The notes under the pieces are model-generated. The model had not been told where the DNA came from and made no database searches. It worked only from the letters and a program-made list of their open reading frames with translations. Position numbers and translations under genes: made by a program. Shown here one piece after another: positions 1-13,312 of a stretch of DNA of 64,000 bases; position 1 is the first letter of the stretch, and the number at the start of each line of letters is the position of its first letter. This stretch comes from Balanoglossus misakiensis (taxonomy: Eukaryota > Animalia > Hemichordata), in the NCBI GenBank assembly GCA_040954595.2, contig CM082594.2:10420296-10484295 (forward strand), given 5' to 3'.

Positions 1-2715
1 GATACCGAGAGTCATGTGTCGAAAATGACTTTGGTTTTGCTTGGAGTTGATAACCTGTGAAGTGCCCTATACCCTCTAAAATTTGTCAGTGTGTTGCCAA
101 TTTAAAGGTCGCCTTGATCCTTTCTCTCGCGAGGACGAATTCATTACCTGGCGGTAAGGAGTATAATCTCCCGCCGACATTTCCACCCGTAATTGGTCGG
201 GTGGCGTTCACAGGATGTTCACCTATACTGTCACGTCGTCCCGTTGTCAAGCAGATTCCACTTTCCGCCATAGTCACGTCAGGTTTCAGTTGATGCGTCC
301 AGTCCAGTCGTAATGTCTCGCAGCACTGTACACGTCCCGACCCCAATCCGCAAGTAAGCCACGTACAAGCGCAATTTTCAGAGACGATGGCGGCCTGCGA
401 CCTTTTCAAAGAACCTTTACGCAATATTTAACCGGTGGACCAAACATATTTTATATTGAATATTATTTCGCGGATTACCTGGTGAGTATAGATTTAAAAA
501 GTGCATTCGACATTCAAAATCGCTCTGCAATCATGCAAATCTAATCCAGTTGAGGAAACCCCAATTATAAAAGGGTCACATATTTTATCATAAAGCCGTT
601 TAAATCGTTTAAATCGTTTGATAGCTGCCATTTACTTTTAGACTGGAGCAGATTACATGGTGAGCATGCTTATACTAAATCCCCATTTGCAACGTAACTT
701 TGAATTTCTTATTTGTCAGCGTTCTTGAGAAGTGAACTGACCTTAAATCGAGCCCTGGTTTTATACCTAATGATTTCCTAGATTTACGAGATGCAATCAA
801 CGAACGGCAATTCCCAAAAGTGGTGGGAGAAATCACTTTTCCTAGTCCCCTCACAACTAGAGAGGCACTCGTAAATTGACTGCAACAAAACCTGTAATCA
901 TGACACAACGGCCGAACCTTGAGTCTGAAGAGTTTTGAAGCGCAAACACGCCGACTAATTGTTGTCGTCAACGGCAATTTCGTCGAAGTCTAATGAAATT
1001 CCGTGGACGATTTTTGAGTAAATAAGTGAGGTGTGTGGAGAACATGATATCCACAAAAGGACGGCGTTCAGTCAGCGACAGTAATACGCCAGAAGGGTCT
1101 ACATGTTTACCAAAACATGTGTACGTTACTGTCATGATTGAGATGGCAGATGTAGACATTACAGTATTCAAATTTGAATTCATTTGACGCCTGTCGCGCA
1201 ATATGACGACTTAATTTTACACTCTATTGTTACATGACATGTCTTGCGTTTCAGTCTAGATATTTCAAACAGAGAGTGCGTGACTTTACTCTCGAAAATG
1301 GCTTCGACGATGGACGATTCACACTTCTACCTGGGGCGAGTGCGTGCGAGTACGCGAGTGGTGAGATTGCGTGATTACGACGTGAAAGACAAGATGTTGA
1401 GAGCGCGCAATTCATTCCCTTGTGTCGTTGAACGACGATTTGTGGTGTACTTCTGTGTTCCCATTCTTGGAGAGCTAACGACGGAAACTAGCACACGGAA
1501 ACTCAATTATGCAGACTCCGCATCATTGTTTGACTTGAGGACGGTTTCACTTACTGTCAATTTTGATTACAACTTGTCGAATTCGACAGCTTTTCCTGCT
1601 GAAATTTTTCGCGACGTTGGAACCCATAGACAACAAAAGAGCCAATTATATTAATAAAGACGCCATTATCATCAATTGAATTGCCTACAGGGATCCAACC
1701 CACGGGGGATTTTGACATTTATTGATACCATTAGTTTTAAGTATTGTAATTAAATTTATAAAGACGAATATTGGTACATGTACAATGTTGAAGCGGAACA
1801 ACAGTAGATACAACAGGCGTAAAATCCAAGATGGCGTCTAAAATTTGCATATGTCCATCTCGAATATACCGAAAGACACGCTACACTAAAACGAAGACAT
1901 CACAAAAAATGATATTGACAATTCACCTCTAAAAGGGGTTAATGCAAAAATGTAAAACCCACTTCAGGCCTGACAAACCCTATCAGAGAACAGCGATTGT
2001 TGCCTCATGCAGTATTGATGTTGCTTTGTAGTATTTATATATACTATATGTTCATTATCAATTATGCATAAAGCTTATCGATATAGTGCTGTTGCCGTTT
2101 CTTTGAAGAAAAAACTATGTCATCTCTTGCAGATTTGAAAAAAATATTGCCTGCGTGTAAAATTCATTTTACAGGGTACCTTTCTAATTTATGTGGGATA
2201 CAAGAATGAGATAAAATCCCAAATACATAATTTGTTGGGGTCATTTGATAACATGAAACGGCAAATTGCAGTGGCGCTCGATATTTCTCTTCAACTTGTG
2301 AGTCAAGACGACTATTATGCAACACGTGTGCAAATGTCTCATGTTGTGTTTTTTTCTCAGAACAGCTTTTGTGTTCAGAGACTGGCGCAAGTTTAAAAGC
2401 TCATCTACACAAAAGCTTTTTTACTCTGTTCCATCAAGAACTGTAATTCTACCTCAACTATCTGCAGGCCACATTGTCATTGGCTTAGAATCTTGAGACA
2501 TGATCATCTCCTAGTCAAACCGACATGAGAACGTGACTCTGTTAATCCTTTTTTCCAGGTACTCCGCTCTTTCACGGAAGCAAACAACACGTGACATTCA
2601 GATCAAATTTTAAGGTAGCACGCGCCTCAAAAATCCGTCGTAAAAAGTAAGCAAGAAAACTACAATCATGTTTCTCTTCTCTTCTTTCACCAACAGGTAA
2701 TTCGATGGTTGAACA

Positions 2716-5700
2716 ATGAACGGCAGTAATGACACTGTCGACGACATGCCATCTGTCCCGGGGACCCGGCCGTCGGCTCCCGTTGAGATCACACTGATGA
2801 TCGCCATCATGGTGGTGACCATCATCGGAAACGCGTGCGTCTGCTGGATCATCTTCACCAATCCAAAGCTGCACACGGTGCCCAACAAACTTGTGCTCAA
2901 CCTGGCCTGGTGCGACCTGCTCACGGCCCTCTTCAACGGGCCCGTCACCGTTGTCGTGCTGTTCAACGGCTCCTGGGTGATGGGCAACCCCATGTGCCAA
3001 ATCAACGGCTTCCTGACCACCGTCTTCGGCGTCGCCTCGGTCATCACCTTGGCCGTGATCTCGCTGAACCGCTGCTGCATGATCGTCTACTCCACCAAGT
3101 ACAGTTTCTGGTTCTCAAACGCCAAGACGAACGTCATGATAACCGGTAAGTCACAGATTCAAACCTCTTGTTTACTTCTTCATCTATTTCACCATCTCCA
3201 TCTATTTCACGGCTAACACTATAATTCGTGGAGGGACCACATACATACTAGTTGGAACAAATGGAGGTCAAACCAACATGGTAGACAGGTATCAGCTGCA
3301 GCAGACGTTCTCGTCCAATTGAACTTCTCTGTGATTATCATGTGCACGATTTGCCGCCAGCTGTTAGATACTATCTGTGCTCCTGTCGTTTGCCTGTTCA
3401 TTGTTGCCTAACCTTTGTCCTCATATTGAATTTATGTATGATGCAGAGACAGTGTTTGATCGTTTTTTCCTTGGTTTATTGAGCGTGCCAACAGTTTCGA
3501 TATTCTCAAATCAATCGATTATCAGGTCTTCATTTTGGCGCCAGCCACAGATCTTGCCGTTGGGGAATCTGGTTAGAGGAGGCTGCTATAGTTAAGGGGA
3601 CACAGTCTCTTTCTCGCTGCCCCTTTTCCATTAATTATGTTTGATACAAGACACCGTTTATGTTATTCTACATCTGGATATACATATAGTGAATCAACGT
3701 TCGACCACGCACAACTTCTACCCCACTTGTAGACACGATAGTGGAAAATCTCGCTGAAATGAATAATCCTCCATTACAAATTCATGGAATATATCTGTTG
3801 GCGGGTCAGCCTAGTAAACATTTTCTGTAATGTCCCAATAACGTAATTATGATTTACGCCGCAAAATACGTCTTGCCGGTCGAGTAAAAAATAATGGTTT
3901 ATTTTATATCACATTTTGTCGTCTCTTCATCAAATTCTGCGGGTGCTCATGCATGTTTGATGAGAAAGAACATCATTCCAGTCGGCGTCTAAATGAATGG
4001 TTGTGATCCCTGATAAATAGCACGGATTCGTTTGTCTCCTTTCTCGCGCCGCCGTGTTCAATCCGTCACAGGATTCATCTCATTCCGTCCGCTTTTCAGA
4101 AAACAGTCGCTGGGGGAATCTCGTTTCATTCTCCGCTTTTGATTATCTATAATATACATGCGATTTCAGAGCAGGTCAAGCGAGCATATCAGGCAGACGT
4201 GTCAGGGGTCACCGATCAATCAAACGATGGACTAAATCTGTGTTCCAGTAACTCAGCATCACGTGACACCATCTCAACCAATCCGATGTAATCGGAACAG
4301 CACATATTATTTCTTTGGCCTAGGACTAAAACGTAGAATATGTAAAGAGGCCATTAAAGCAAGAAAGAAGTTTAGTGTGTCTGTCCCGTACCAAGCCTAA
4401 TTTTTTGCGTAAGACATGATACCGATAAGGTTTTTTTATCACAACGCGTTTTCGGCCGACAGACAGGAATACCCGCGGGCAACTCGCGCTAAAACTCTAA
4501 AAACTGTTCGGTGAATAATTTATTTGACGAGTTTACGTCACAGAGTCGGTCGTGCAGGATCTTACTGCCTTCATTGCACCCCTAGTAACGACTGACATTT
4601 GCTTGACTTTGCACCTACAAGCACGATCGAACCATTCGAGCCTCAGGACAACTTCTGAAATCATTTGTCTCTAAATGAAAATCATCTTCCAAGAGGCGAC
4701 TTTTCCCCTGCGCGTCTTTTTAAGTCAAAACCGAGTGATTCAAGTTGCTAGGCAACGATTGCGTCTCTGCTCTTAGCATGGATTAGGTTATCTGTGCAGA
4801 AAGACATGGGATTTGTAATGACGGATGTTCAAGATGACATTTTAAATAAAATCCGATGTGTTTTATCGCCATTTCTCATAAATGGTGATGAATTTTCGGA
4901 AAAGCATCATTGTATTTTATCTTCTCTGTAACGCAAACACTGACGGAAACATATCAGAAAATAATTTATGAAATGAATAATTAATTACATATTTTAAAAA
5001 TGGAGGTATTCATGTGTTATGAATTCGTACCATTTTCAGGCCAAGCACTTTTCCAAATGGAAATCACTGAAGGAAATGTGTAAATATACCCAAATTGCAT
5101 TAAGTTACTGATGTTGGACTTACAGGCCTACTTACAGAAATTACATCTCGGGGCGTGTTTAAATTATTACCGAAATGCCCTTATGTTGTGAATAGATTTA
5201 AACATTAAAATTGCAAAACATATGCGGTTGAGGATTTGTTTTCTTGGAATCTTAAAGATTTTTTATGTAAAAAAAGTTTTTAAGTTGTTTTTGCTGCGTA
5301 AATATTAATATTTAACGTGTAAGACGTAAATGCGGAAACAGTTGGCAGTAGACTGGCGATATTCCCTGAGTACGCTGTAGGGTGAAATACGTTGATATAA
5401 TTCGAGAAAAGATGTGATTACATGTACATGTACAACTCATACTTGTTCTGCTGCTGCAGATTTGAGTTCCCTGTCGATGTAAAGCATTAATGAGCCGCAG
5501 TAAATGATGAAGAAAACTTGTGGTGTTTCCTTTTCCCCAAATCATCTGGAGCAGCAACCCGGATTCGCACAAAGGAAATAGAGCAGCGTTTTCATTTCGC
5601 CGCAGCTTTTAAATCTTTCGCCGTCCGTGCCGCGCGCTGCATCGAGATATAGTCACTAAATGGATTACTTAGTTCCCTCATATCCCGCAGGATACCGACT

Positions 5701-6849
5701 CGGTTCCTGCAGAATTTATCTTGAGCCGCTGCGGAGAGGAAAATCTGCTGTCTTTGAATTAATTATGCCATCTTTGTATTGAAGTTGGAAGGGACTGTGC
5801 CCATTTAATGTACCATTTTCATAACTAGATTGAAAAGAAACTGAATTTCAACCAATCATATTAACGTGGCTCCTATTTTTCTACTTTCAGGTCTTTGGTT
5901 ATTTTCAGTCTTCTGTGCATTCCCGCCAATGGTAGGATGGTCTCATTACATATTCATTCCGGGAAAGGCTATTTGTACTTTAATCTGGTCCACCGATATC
6001 AGCTACACGCTGTTCGTTCTCAATCTCGGGATTATTTTACCGTTCTTCGTTATGATTGTGTCTTACTACAAAATATTCAAGGTTGTGAAGAGAAACTCCA
6101 GGCGGATCAAGTCACACTTTGACCGGCCGAGCGCACCTCTGTCGCCCAGTCACGCCGATCCGCAGCCGAGCTCCAAGTCGGTCACTGGAGACAGCGTCCA
6201 GGCAACAACGCAGAGGGGAAACGAGTACAAGGTCTCGCACGGCCAGGTCGTCCGGCTGAACAGTTTGTTCCGAACTCACTTGGACGGAGAGGAGTTCGCC
6301 GGGAACCGCAGGGGATCAACCATAAGTACAATTTCAAGAGCGCCGAGTCTGCTTGACAACGTCTACTGTGAGGCCGGGCGCAGGCCCTCCAACTTTTCCC
6401 TGGACGCATCGGCCACCGATGACCGGCCGGCCACGGCCATCAGTGGCCGCCTGGCCTCAGACCGATACTCGCGTCAGCATTTCCGACAAGGACCAGGTGT
6501 TGAAGATGTGAAAATAACAAAAACGGTCCTCATTGTTTTACTAGCCTTTGTGCTCTGTTGGTCGCCAATCAGCGTCGTGAATTTTCTGGAAACGTTTTTC
6601 AACTACAAAATTCCTCTGGCGCTGGACTTGTTCACGGTTTACATGGTGTTCTTGAACTGCGCTCTCAACCCTATAATCTATGGGATGATGAATAGAAATT
6701 TCCGCAAGGGATTTCGGGATATATTCTGTTTCTGCAAGAACCTGAAATTTCGACGTCAACGCTCTGTTGGAGCGGTAATCGCTATTCACTCGGTCGGTGA
6801 TGACAACCAGCCTTCACCAGGAGAGATTAACCTCGCGGCCACTTCGTGA
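2716..6849 (+). CDS. Class A (rhodopsin-like) GPCR, melatonin-receptor-like orphan; join(2716..3145,5891..6849), ~462 aa
   Basis: Seven hydrophobic segments with class A motifs: TM1 GN, TM2 LAWCD, TM3 CQINGF...SLNRC (DRY position), TM4 W, TM5 P, TM6 CWSP, TM7 NPIIY, helix 8 NRNFRK. N-terminal sequons NGS and NDT. Phase-1 intron ACCG|gtaag...tttcag|GT rebuilds a Gly codon in frame. Confidence 0.93.
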
Positions 6850-8593
6850 TGATGATGAAAAATAAGTCTTAAGACTTGCTTTTGTACATACTATATTATG
6901 ATCGTAGATTACATTAAGCTCCGTAAAGGGGCTTTTTATATTAATCCTTACAGGTGGACTGGAGTGAAACGGATCATTTCTGCACGTCACTTTGTGAAAT
7001 ATGATCCATCATTGTCAGTTTGTGTTAAGATTGTGCATTTTTCGTTAAGTTTTTCTAAATTTTGCAAGTTTCGAATTTAAGGTATATGTTCCCATTTCAG
7101 TGACAATTTTCAACCGTTCCCACGACATTTCTCCGGTCCAATCCGATATCAATACTTCTAAAACTATTTTTTGTTTTGAATGAGAGTCATTTTGAATCCA
7201 CTATGTCAAGACCACATTTGTACTAGTAAAGGATTTTTTCACCATGTTTTAAGAAAAGATTGACCATAATAAATTTAAATTTATGAACGAAGTCATATGT
7301 GCGTGTCTGTGATTCCACTAGCGGTACTGTCTATATGGTTGAGGTATATATTTTGCAAGTAGGTTCTAACTAATCCCCATATCTCAGACTCGTCACCGTT
7401 CTTGTCGCGGAGAGAAAATGTAAACATAGAATCCAAATAAAATATTACTTTTTTAATCTGACCAAACTCCTCACAATACAATGATTATTTTCCTGTATAT
7501 GAAGCTGACAGATAAGCTCTGGAAAGACAACTCCAGGAAAAGGTATTAACATCCGTTTAACATGGTAAAACAAGATTACAAAAATACTTTTGTTAAAAAG
7601 ACATTTAAAATGTTTCTGTGGGTTATGGATAAACTATTTATATAGGTTTGTCTAGACTTGTAATGATTTAAGATGTTCGCGTTTGCTTTTTTTCTTCAAA
7701 ACTGTTTGGCATTGTTTGTTATGCTGAGGTGGTGACATAAGTACTGTACATTGTCTCGGCAAATAGAACAACATGCACACCGCATCTTCTCCAATGAAAC
7801 AGAATCATGTTTAACTAATATCGTGGTTATTTGGGGCTTCTGTGTGCCCCTTAATAAAAGTCGAACTCATTTTGGAAGAGTTCAGGTTGCATACAATTTT
7901 TAACGAAAAGTGGAAGCTTGCAAACAGTGCAAACGCGAATAGCTCAGTTTAAATTGTTAAAATCTCTGAAGCGAGAGGTTCCAGCAACAGTGTCCGGGTG
8001 TTAGGTCAAGCAAAGGTCACGAAGAGGTACCGCTTCCCTTTGTTGTTCATGCGAAAGTTGTACTTTATGTATTAAAGGTACTCTATACGCAATGTGCTAA
8101 TAAAAACAGAGAGTCTATAGAAAATGCTAACCGAAAGTTACACCTGCGTAGAGAAGTACTCTGATAATAATTGTGTGCAAGCCGAAAATGTAGCATCAAC
8201 CAGTGCTTTTCAGTTTTCACTCTTTTTGTGACAAAGAGGCGCGACCATTCCAGTGATAAATACCCTGAGTATTTATGCGCAAAGGGCTACCCTAAATATA
8301 TCGTGCTACCTAGGTGAGAGATAAAAAATGGCGTGCGTACGTCGTGTAGTCAAGAAGTCAAAATGGCGTATTTCTATGGATTAACAAGATTGAAAACCAG
8401 AAAAGGGAACTAGATTAAAAAATAAATCTATGTTAATTTTAAAGACAGTTCTCTTGGCTACCAGTCCGACTTGAAGTCCATGTAATACTGATGTGTCCCC
8501 AAACATGTAGCAAAGAGCAGACCACATGACCCCATGTATATATATGTCCATTTTTTATCTTCTTGAGCTATTGAAGTGCCATGATCGTTTGAT

Positions 8594-9120
8594 TCATGGT
8601 GGTGTTGTGTTAGTTATAGATTCCTGTGTCGTCGGTGCTTCGGTGTCGGTACTGCTGCCTGCAAAAGATCAGAAAGTACCAGAATTCATTTTTCTCGTAA
8701 ATGTCTGTGAAAGGCCCCCGCCAAGCACAGCGTGACGATTGAGTGTTACTTGCGCCGTTTCCTATCAGGAAAACTGAGCGGGACGTCACCACACATACGC
8801 ACACCACTGCAGCATGCAACATTCCAATATGGCGCCCATGTAGATGGTCTTGATGAATCGGGCAAAATCCCGCCCACCCATAGTGACACCACAGTCGTTA
8901 ATACGTTAATATGTGATAGCTGTCAACGTATGGTAGCAGCAGATGTTTCAAGCCGTGTTCAGACACTGATATTTCCAAAGGATCTGGTTCATGTCTGTGC
9001 AAACACGGCTTTTATGCTGTCTCTCCGAAAATACGCTTTCGGAATAATGTTGCCTGGTGAAATATAATAACGAACATGCGCATGCGGAATACACAAATCT
9101 CTAACTGCAAGCCGGGATAC

Positions 9121-9191
<71 letters not shown>

Positions 9192-10201
9192 TTTCGCCGG
9201 CGTATTACAGCAGGTTGTGTTGGTCTTGCGCCCGTGATTTTTCCGGACACCAATGTTAGAGACATGTTATCAACAAATATTAAGGAAACAGCGGGGATTG
9301 TGGTCACTGTTAGCACACGCATCATGCAGATGAGATACGAGACTTAAAAACCTTCAGTTTGAACCCCCGTCGACGGGGGTGCTGGCGTGGTGACGCTAGC
9401 GGTGGTCGCGGCCGTGGTGGTGCTGTCCACCACTGTGGTGGCGCTGTGACCGTCGGTGGTTGCCGGATCATCGCTGACTGCTGTAGTGTTTGTGTCCATG
9501 GGCGCGGTGGTCATGTTCGCGGTGTATGTGGCGTTGTCAGTCGCGTCTGGCGCAACTGTGGTGGGGTTCGGCTTTTGGGGGGCGTCGGACGTCGGTGTTG
9601 CCTTGACGTCATCACTCCCTGAGAAGAGAACAACTTTCCCATGGTCATTCCTGTCCAGCGATGAATATGATGCTGTTGTCGCTTCCCAAGATGTGGCATG
9701 TACAATCATGTACTCTCAACAAATGCCCAACCGGAGCTCCTGTACTTTGAGCGCATAGACAGCCATGTTTTTTTGGTATAAAATGCAAGGTTTTTGTAAG
9801 CATACAACGGAAGAGAGTGCTGTGTGAATGTTGAAAATCGCAGTCACTCCAGTCACCTGTGTGAAAATCTAACTGCAATTGATGGAGCAGGGGATATGCT
9901 TATTTGTTATAACCCAAGGGTATGCGTACATGGGCGACAGTGTGTAGGTCGCCTCTAGTGTCACCCAGCCTGCTTTACATGTGAATGGCTGTGGACATGA
10001 AAACATTTCGACTTGTAACCAGCAATACTGCATCATTCCTAGTTACACATATGTGAAATTGATCGAGCGGGTACAAGATACCATGACGTCATAGTTAAAG
10101 AAATTCGGACCCCATTAATAAAACACGCCCTACGTTCACATAGACTTCGCTATGACTTTACTGTGTAGTAGTCGGTGAGATTTTCACAAGTATGTTCCCT
10201 T

Positions 10202-10264
<63 letters not shown>

Positions 10265-11851
10265 GTATGTACGTACGTATGTATGTATGTATGACACCTA
10301 CCTCCGAATGTGATGATGAGGTATAACATAAGAGTAGCGACAACGAGAAAAAAGATGGTGAGAGAAACCCATTTGCAGATTCTTTTGTTGAGCATAGACC
10401 GCTTCACTTTGCCGGGAGTTTGGTATTCGATATTTTGGTCAATGTACGGGTTGTCGATTGAGTATGCGCTCCCCGAGACAGCAGGGTATCCCTGGTAGGA
10501 AACAAGAAAAAGGTACAATTGAAATTTACTTCAGACACGGCACGTTATTCAATATAAGCGCGCCCTCAGTGCCGATCGCCAACTTCGGCCAATTTTAGAT
10601 TACGTAATCCACAACTAACTGTATCGGATGTATTGTGCGAGGAGGCGTACAGTAAACAGTTAGAACGACATCTACTTATCGGTTTTATGATGTCTCACAC
10701 CAAAAAAACAAACACTCGTGCTGCCGCGTTCAAACAACTATTGACTGAAGGCTACAAGATATTTATTGATTTCCTTTCAGCAGTGGTTTACACTCTTCTT
10801 CTCTAGTAGAGTCACATATGGAGACAACGTGCAGTGAACTACATCTACAAGAATCGAAATTTTACAAAGCGCAAGGGATTTTTTATATCGTCATGGAGAA
10901 AAGGCTTAATCCGACAGGTGGTACTACATGCTGAATACACTTGACCAGAAAAGACAATTACGGACATACATGACCGTTTGGTTCACGGTCACTGAACTGG
11001 GTTTTAGTGAACTGACCGTAAGTTGACCTCCATCTGAAACCTAGCCTCGGACTGAACTCATCAGTAATCATTGGATTTTTCCAATTACGTGTGAACCTAA
11101 TTCAATGAACTGCGTTTCCTCGTGTACAGTATAGTACAGCAGAGCAGATAGGCTAATGTCGGTCTCAATGGTCCGTACAGCTAACATGCGCAGTAGGAGG
11201 TGGTTACAGTAGGCCATTTCAGTGACTGCATGGGTCACGTCGCCGGACAACCTAATTCAACGAGTGACCCTCACCACAATCAATCACTGCAGCTTGAGTT
11301 GGTCGCATTTTAGAACATTATTTCAGATCATATTTTACCGCCGTCATTAAACTTGGACCATGTTAAATCACTGTTGAAAAGGGTGCGATGTAAAACGATT
11401 TCTTTGCAAAAGAAGGCAGTTGTTTTTGCGATCTCATTATTTACCGAGGCGAAAAGTACAAAAGTGAGGTCTCAGGTATAGGTCGGGCTTTTATTGTGCG
11501 ATTTCTCTTTCTATGGTTTTCTTCAGGGGCGAGTGTACTCGCCAACAATCCGCTGACCTCGTTTAAATGCCGATACGTCTTTAATAATGAGACCATTGTC
11601 GTTCATTACAGCCACCCCTTTCGTGGTAACACCTTCCAGCGCCTGAGTTTGAACAAAATGTCCATGACTATGCTCTTAACCCAAGGTCTCCGAAGGTTCA
11701 AAGCGGACAACTTTTTTCGTGAAATGATTTTTGACTTCAACATCATGTTATGACGTGCACCACAGTTGCGTGCAAGGTTGGTACCGACATAAGACATTAA
11801 AAGTTATGAGTTGCAGGTACTTACCAGACCTTGTTTCTTCGGGTCAGCCAT
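8594..11851 (-). CDS. Uncharacterised type II single-pass membrane protein with Thr/Ser/Pro-rich mucin-like ectodomain; complement(join 11825..11851,10302..10491,9352..9618,8594..8658), ~182 aa
   Basis: Good Kozak context (GAAATGG). All junctions are GT-AG with compatible phases (0,1,1). Protein: MADPKKQGL-GYPAVSGSAYSIDNPY...KRSMLNKRICK-WVSLTIFFLVVATLMLYLIITFGG-(T/S/P/A/D-rich)-SSTDTEAPTTQESITNTTPP*. The third donor (GAAG|gttttt) is weak; an unspliced form would stop at 9344. Probable 5'UTR exon ends at 12554. Confidence 0.72.
9121..9190. repeat. (ATG)n microsatellite, ~23 units
   Basis: Directly visible; lies in an intron of the mucin-like gene. Confidence 0.98.
10207..10292. repeat. Compound microsatellite (CT)27 followed by (GTAT)n
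   Basis: Directly visible; intronic, about 10 nt from the donor site at 10301. Confidence 0.97.
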
Positions 11852-13225
11852 TTCAGGGTCACTCAATGTCGCCGAAGTTGTCCTGAATGTCCTCGGTCCC
11901 GCTTTTGTCTCTTGTCTGTTGTCCCTTCTTTGTCCCCGCCAACGTCCCTATGGTATTCAAAGGAGAGAATGGGACTTGCTAGTTCTAATATTACACAATG
12001 AAGGTGCGCCTATAAACGTCTCGCATTCCAGCGACGGTGTACTAACTCCCCTTTGACGGGAGCGAGCGAGCTGTCGCACCGAAGCAATGATCAGTTTTAA
12101 CCCTCTCTGTGATTGAAATACAGCATGTACTAGTACCTTATGCCGGTCAAGTGTTTTCCATAAATGCAAAGCAACAGACAAGCGGACTTTTGCCCCTTTT
12201 CCAATACATGTAACAGCAATCGATCATTCGAGAGTCTATTTTCGGAGGCAACTTACATGGGATTTACCTCTAGTGTTTGCGCAATTAAATATTTACAAGG
12301 TAGTCTCCCCGACCGTCGCTCTCTTGCGAGATTCTCTTGTTAACGGGAAAAGTAAAAGTTTGACATGGAACACTTCAGACCGTTCTTCAAGGTCGCTTTT
12401 ACAGTGAAGGGTCTGCTAAAGATTTTTTTCAAGTAAACAGCAGTTCTGATATTTCTCAAACTCGCTCGATATTTAAATCGTCGAGAAATTGTGTAGTCAT
12501 GACCAGACTTCTAGTAAACAGTCTCCAAATAAAATAACAACCACAAAACGTACCTGTTCTTTGCGATTTTTGAGTCGGTCCTCGAAAACTGCCGTTGGCT
12601 CCGGTCAGCAAGCTCCAACGCCCTGTACGTATGTAAATATATCCAGCTGACCTCTGCCCTCACTGGCTGACGTCGAGTACCACTTTTGCTGTGAGCGTGT
12701 TATTTTTAACCACCTGCAGCTTGTTGACAATAATACATGCGCTAAACTTTTCGTCTGAAATACGTGTATTCACTTCGACTAGACGGGTTCATCACGTGAC
12801 GCTGTGACGTAACACTCTGGTGAAATTTTGACATGCGTGTGTTAGTAGAAATACCTGTATTCTCCATAGACGCAGACATGCCGAGAGATGATTGATGTTT
12901 TAGTCTGCAGTCGGTCTAGCGTAATTGTGCATGTATGCAATGGGGAAGAGTTTTCCAAAGGCCTATACGCCACTCTCATCTAGTACCTGGCCGGCCGTAC
13001 CCATCTTTATGGACAGCGTTAGAGATGCGGACAAACATGATAGGGTCAACGCCCGGGTCAACGTAAATTGTCTGGAGAGTCTACTTTGCACACCTGTTCC
13101 AATAGGGCGAAGCGTAATAGACCATTCACAAGTGGTATGATGTACCCGTTTCAGGTGTGCGGGTAGTAATTGACAATTCGGAATTGTCGGGATGTAAATT
13201 AATGAATAAAATGTCGTGAATATGT

Positions 13226-13312
13226 TAGTCTGGAATCCAGACGGTGTGTTTTTAGAGAGAGAATGGCGTGTGAGTCTCTCTTTGAAAAACACACCGTCGG
13301 GATTCCAGACTA
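13226..13312. mobile_element. 87-bp foldback miniature inverted-repeat element (TA...TA ends, ~37-bp arms) with probable 9-bp TSD
   Basis: TAGTCTGGAATCCAGACGGTGTGTTTTTAGAGAGAGA pairs with TCTCTCTTTGAAAAACACACCGTCGGGATTCCAGACTA. Flanks TGAATATGT (13217-13225) and TGAATAGGT (13313-13321) match at 8/9. Confidence 0.75.

Noticed and set aside
57-1654. Short ORFs in the first 1.7 kb (e.g. 1244-1654, 86-424)
   Set aside because: No recognisable domains or consistent exon chain. The region looks like CpG-rich promoter or 5'UTR sequence.
2572-3149. ORFs 2572-3000 (-), 2610-3080 (-) and 2835-3149 (+) overlapping GPCR exon 1
   Set aside because: Shadow frames caused by the high GC3 of the real exon; no recognisable protein features.
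6600-6690. GPCR as an opsin or biogenic amine receptor
   Set aside because: No Lys at 7.43 (Phe) and no Asp at 3.32 (Thr).
7077-7700. Probable decayed dispersed-repeat fragments (short similarities to ~11340-11750 and ~42760-42860)
   Set aside because: Similarity is short and judged only by eye; boundaries cannot be defined without a repeat library.
9101-10343. Poly-Ser and (RE)n ORFs
   Set aside because: Translations of intronic (ATG)n and (CT)n microsatellites.
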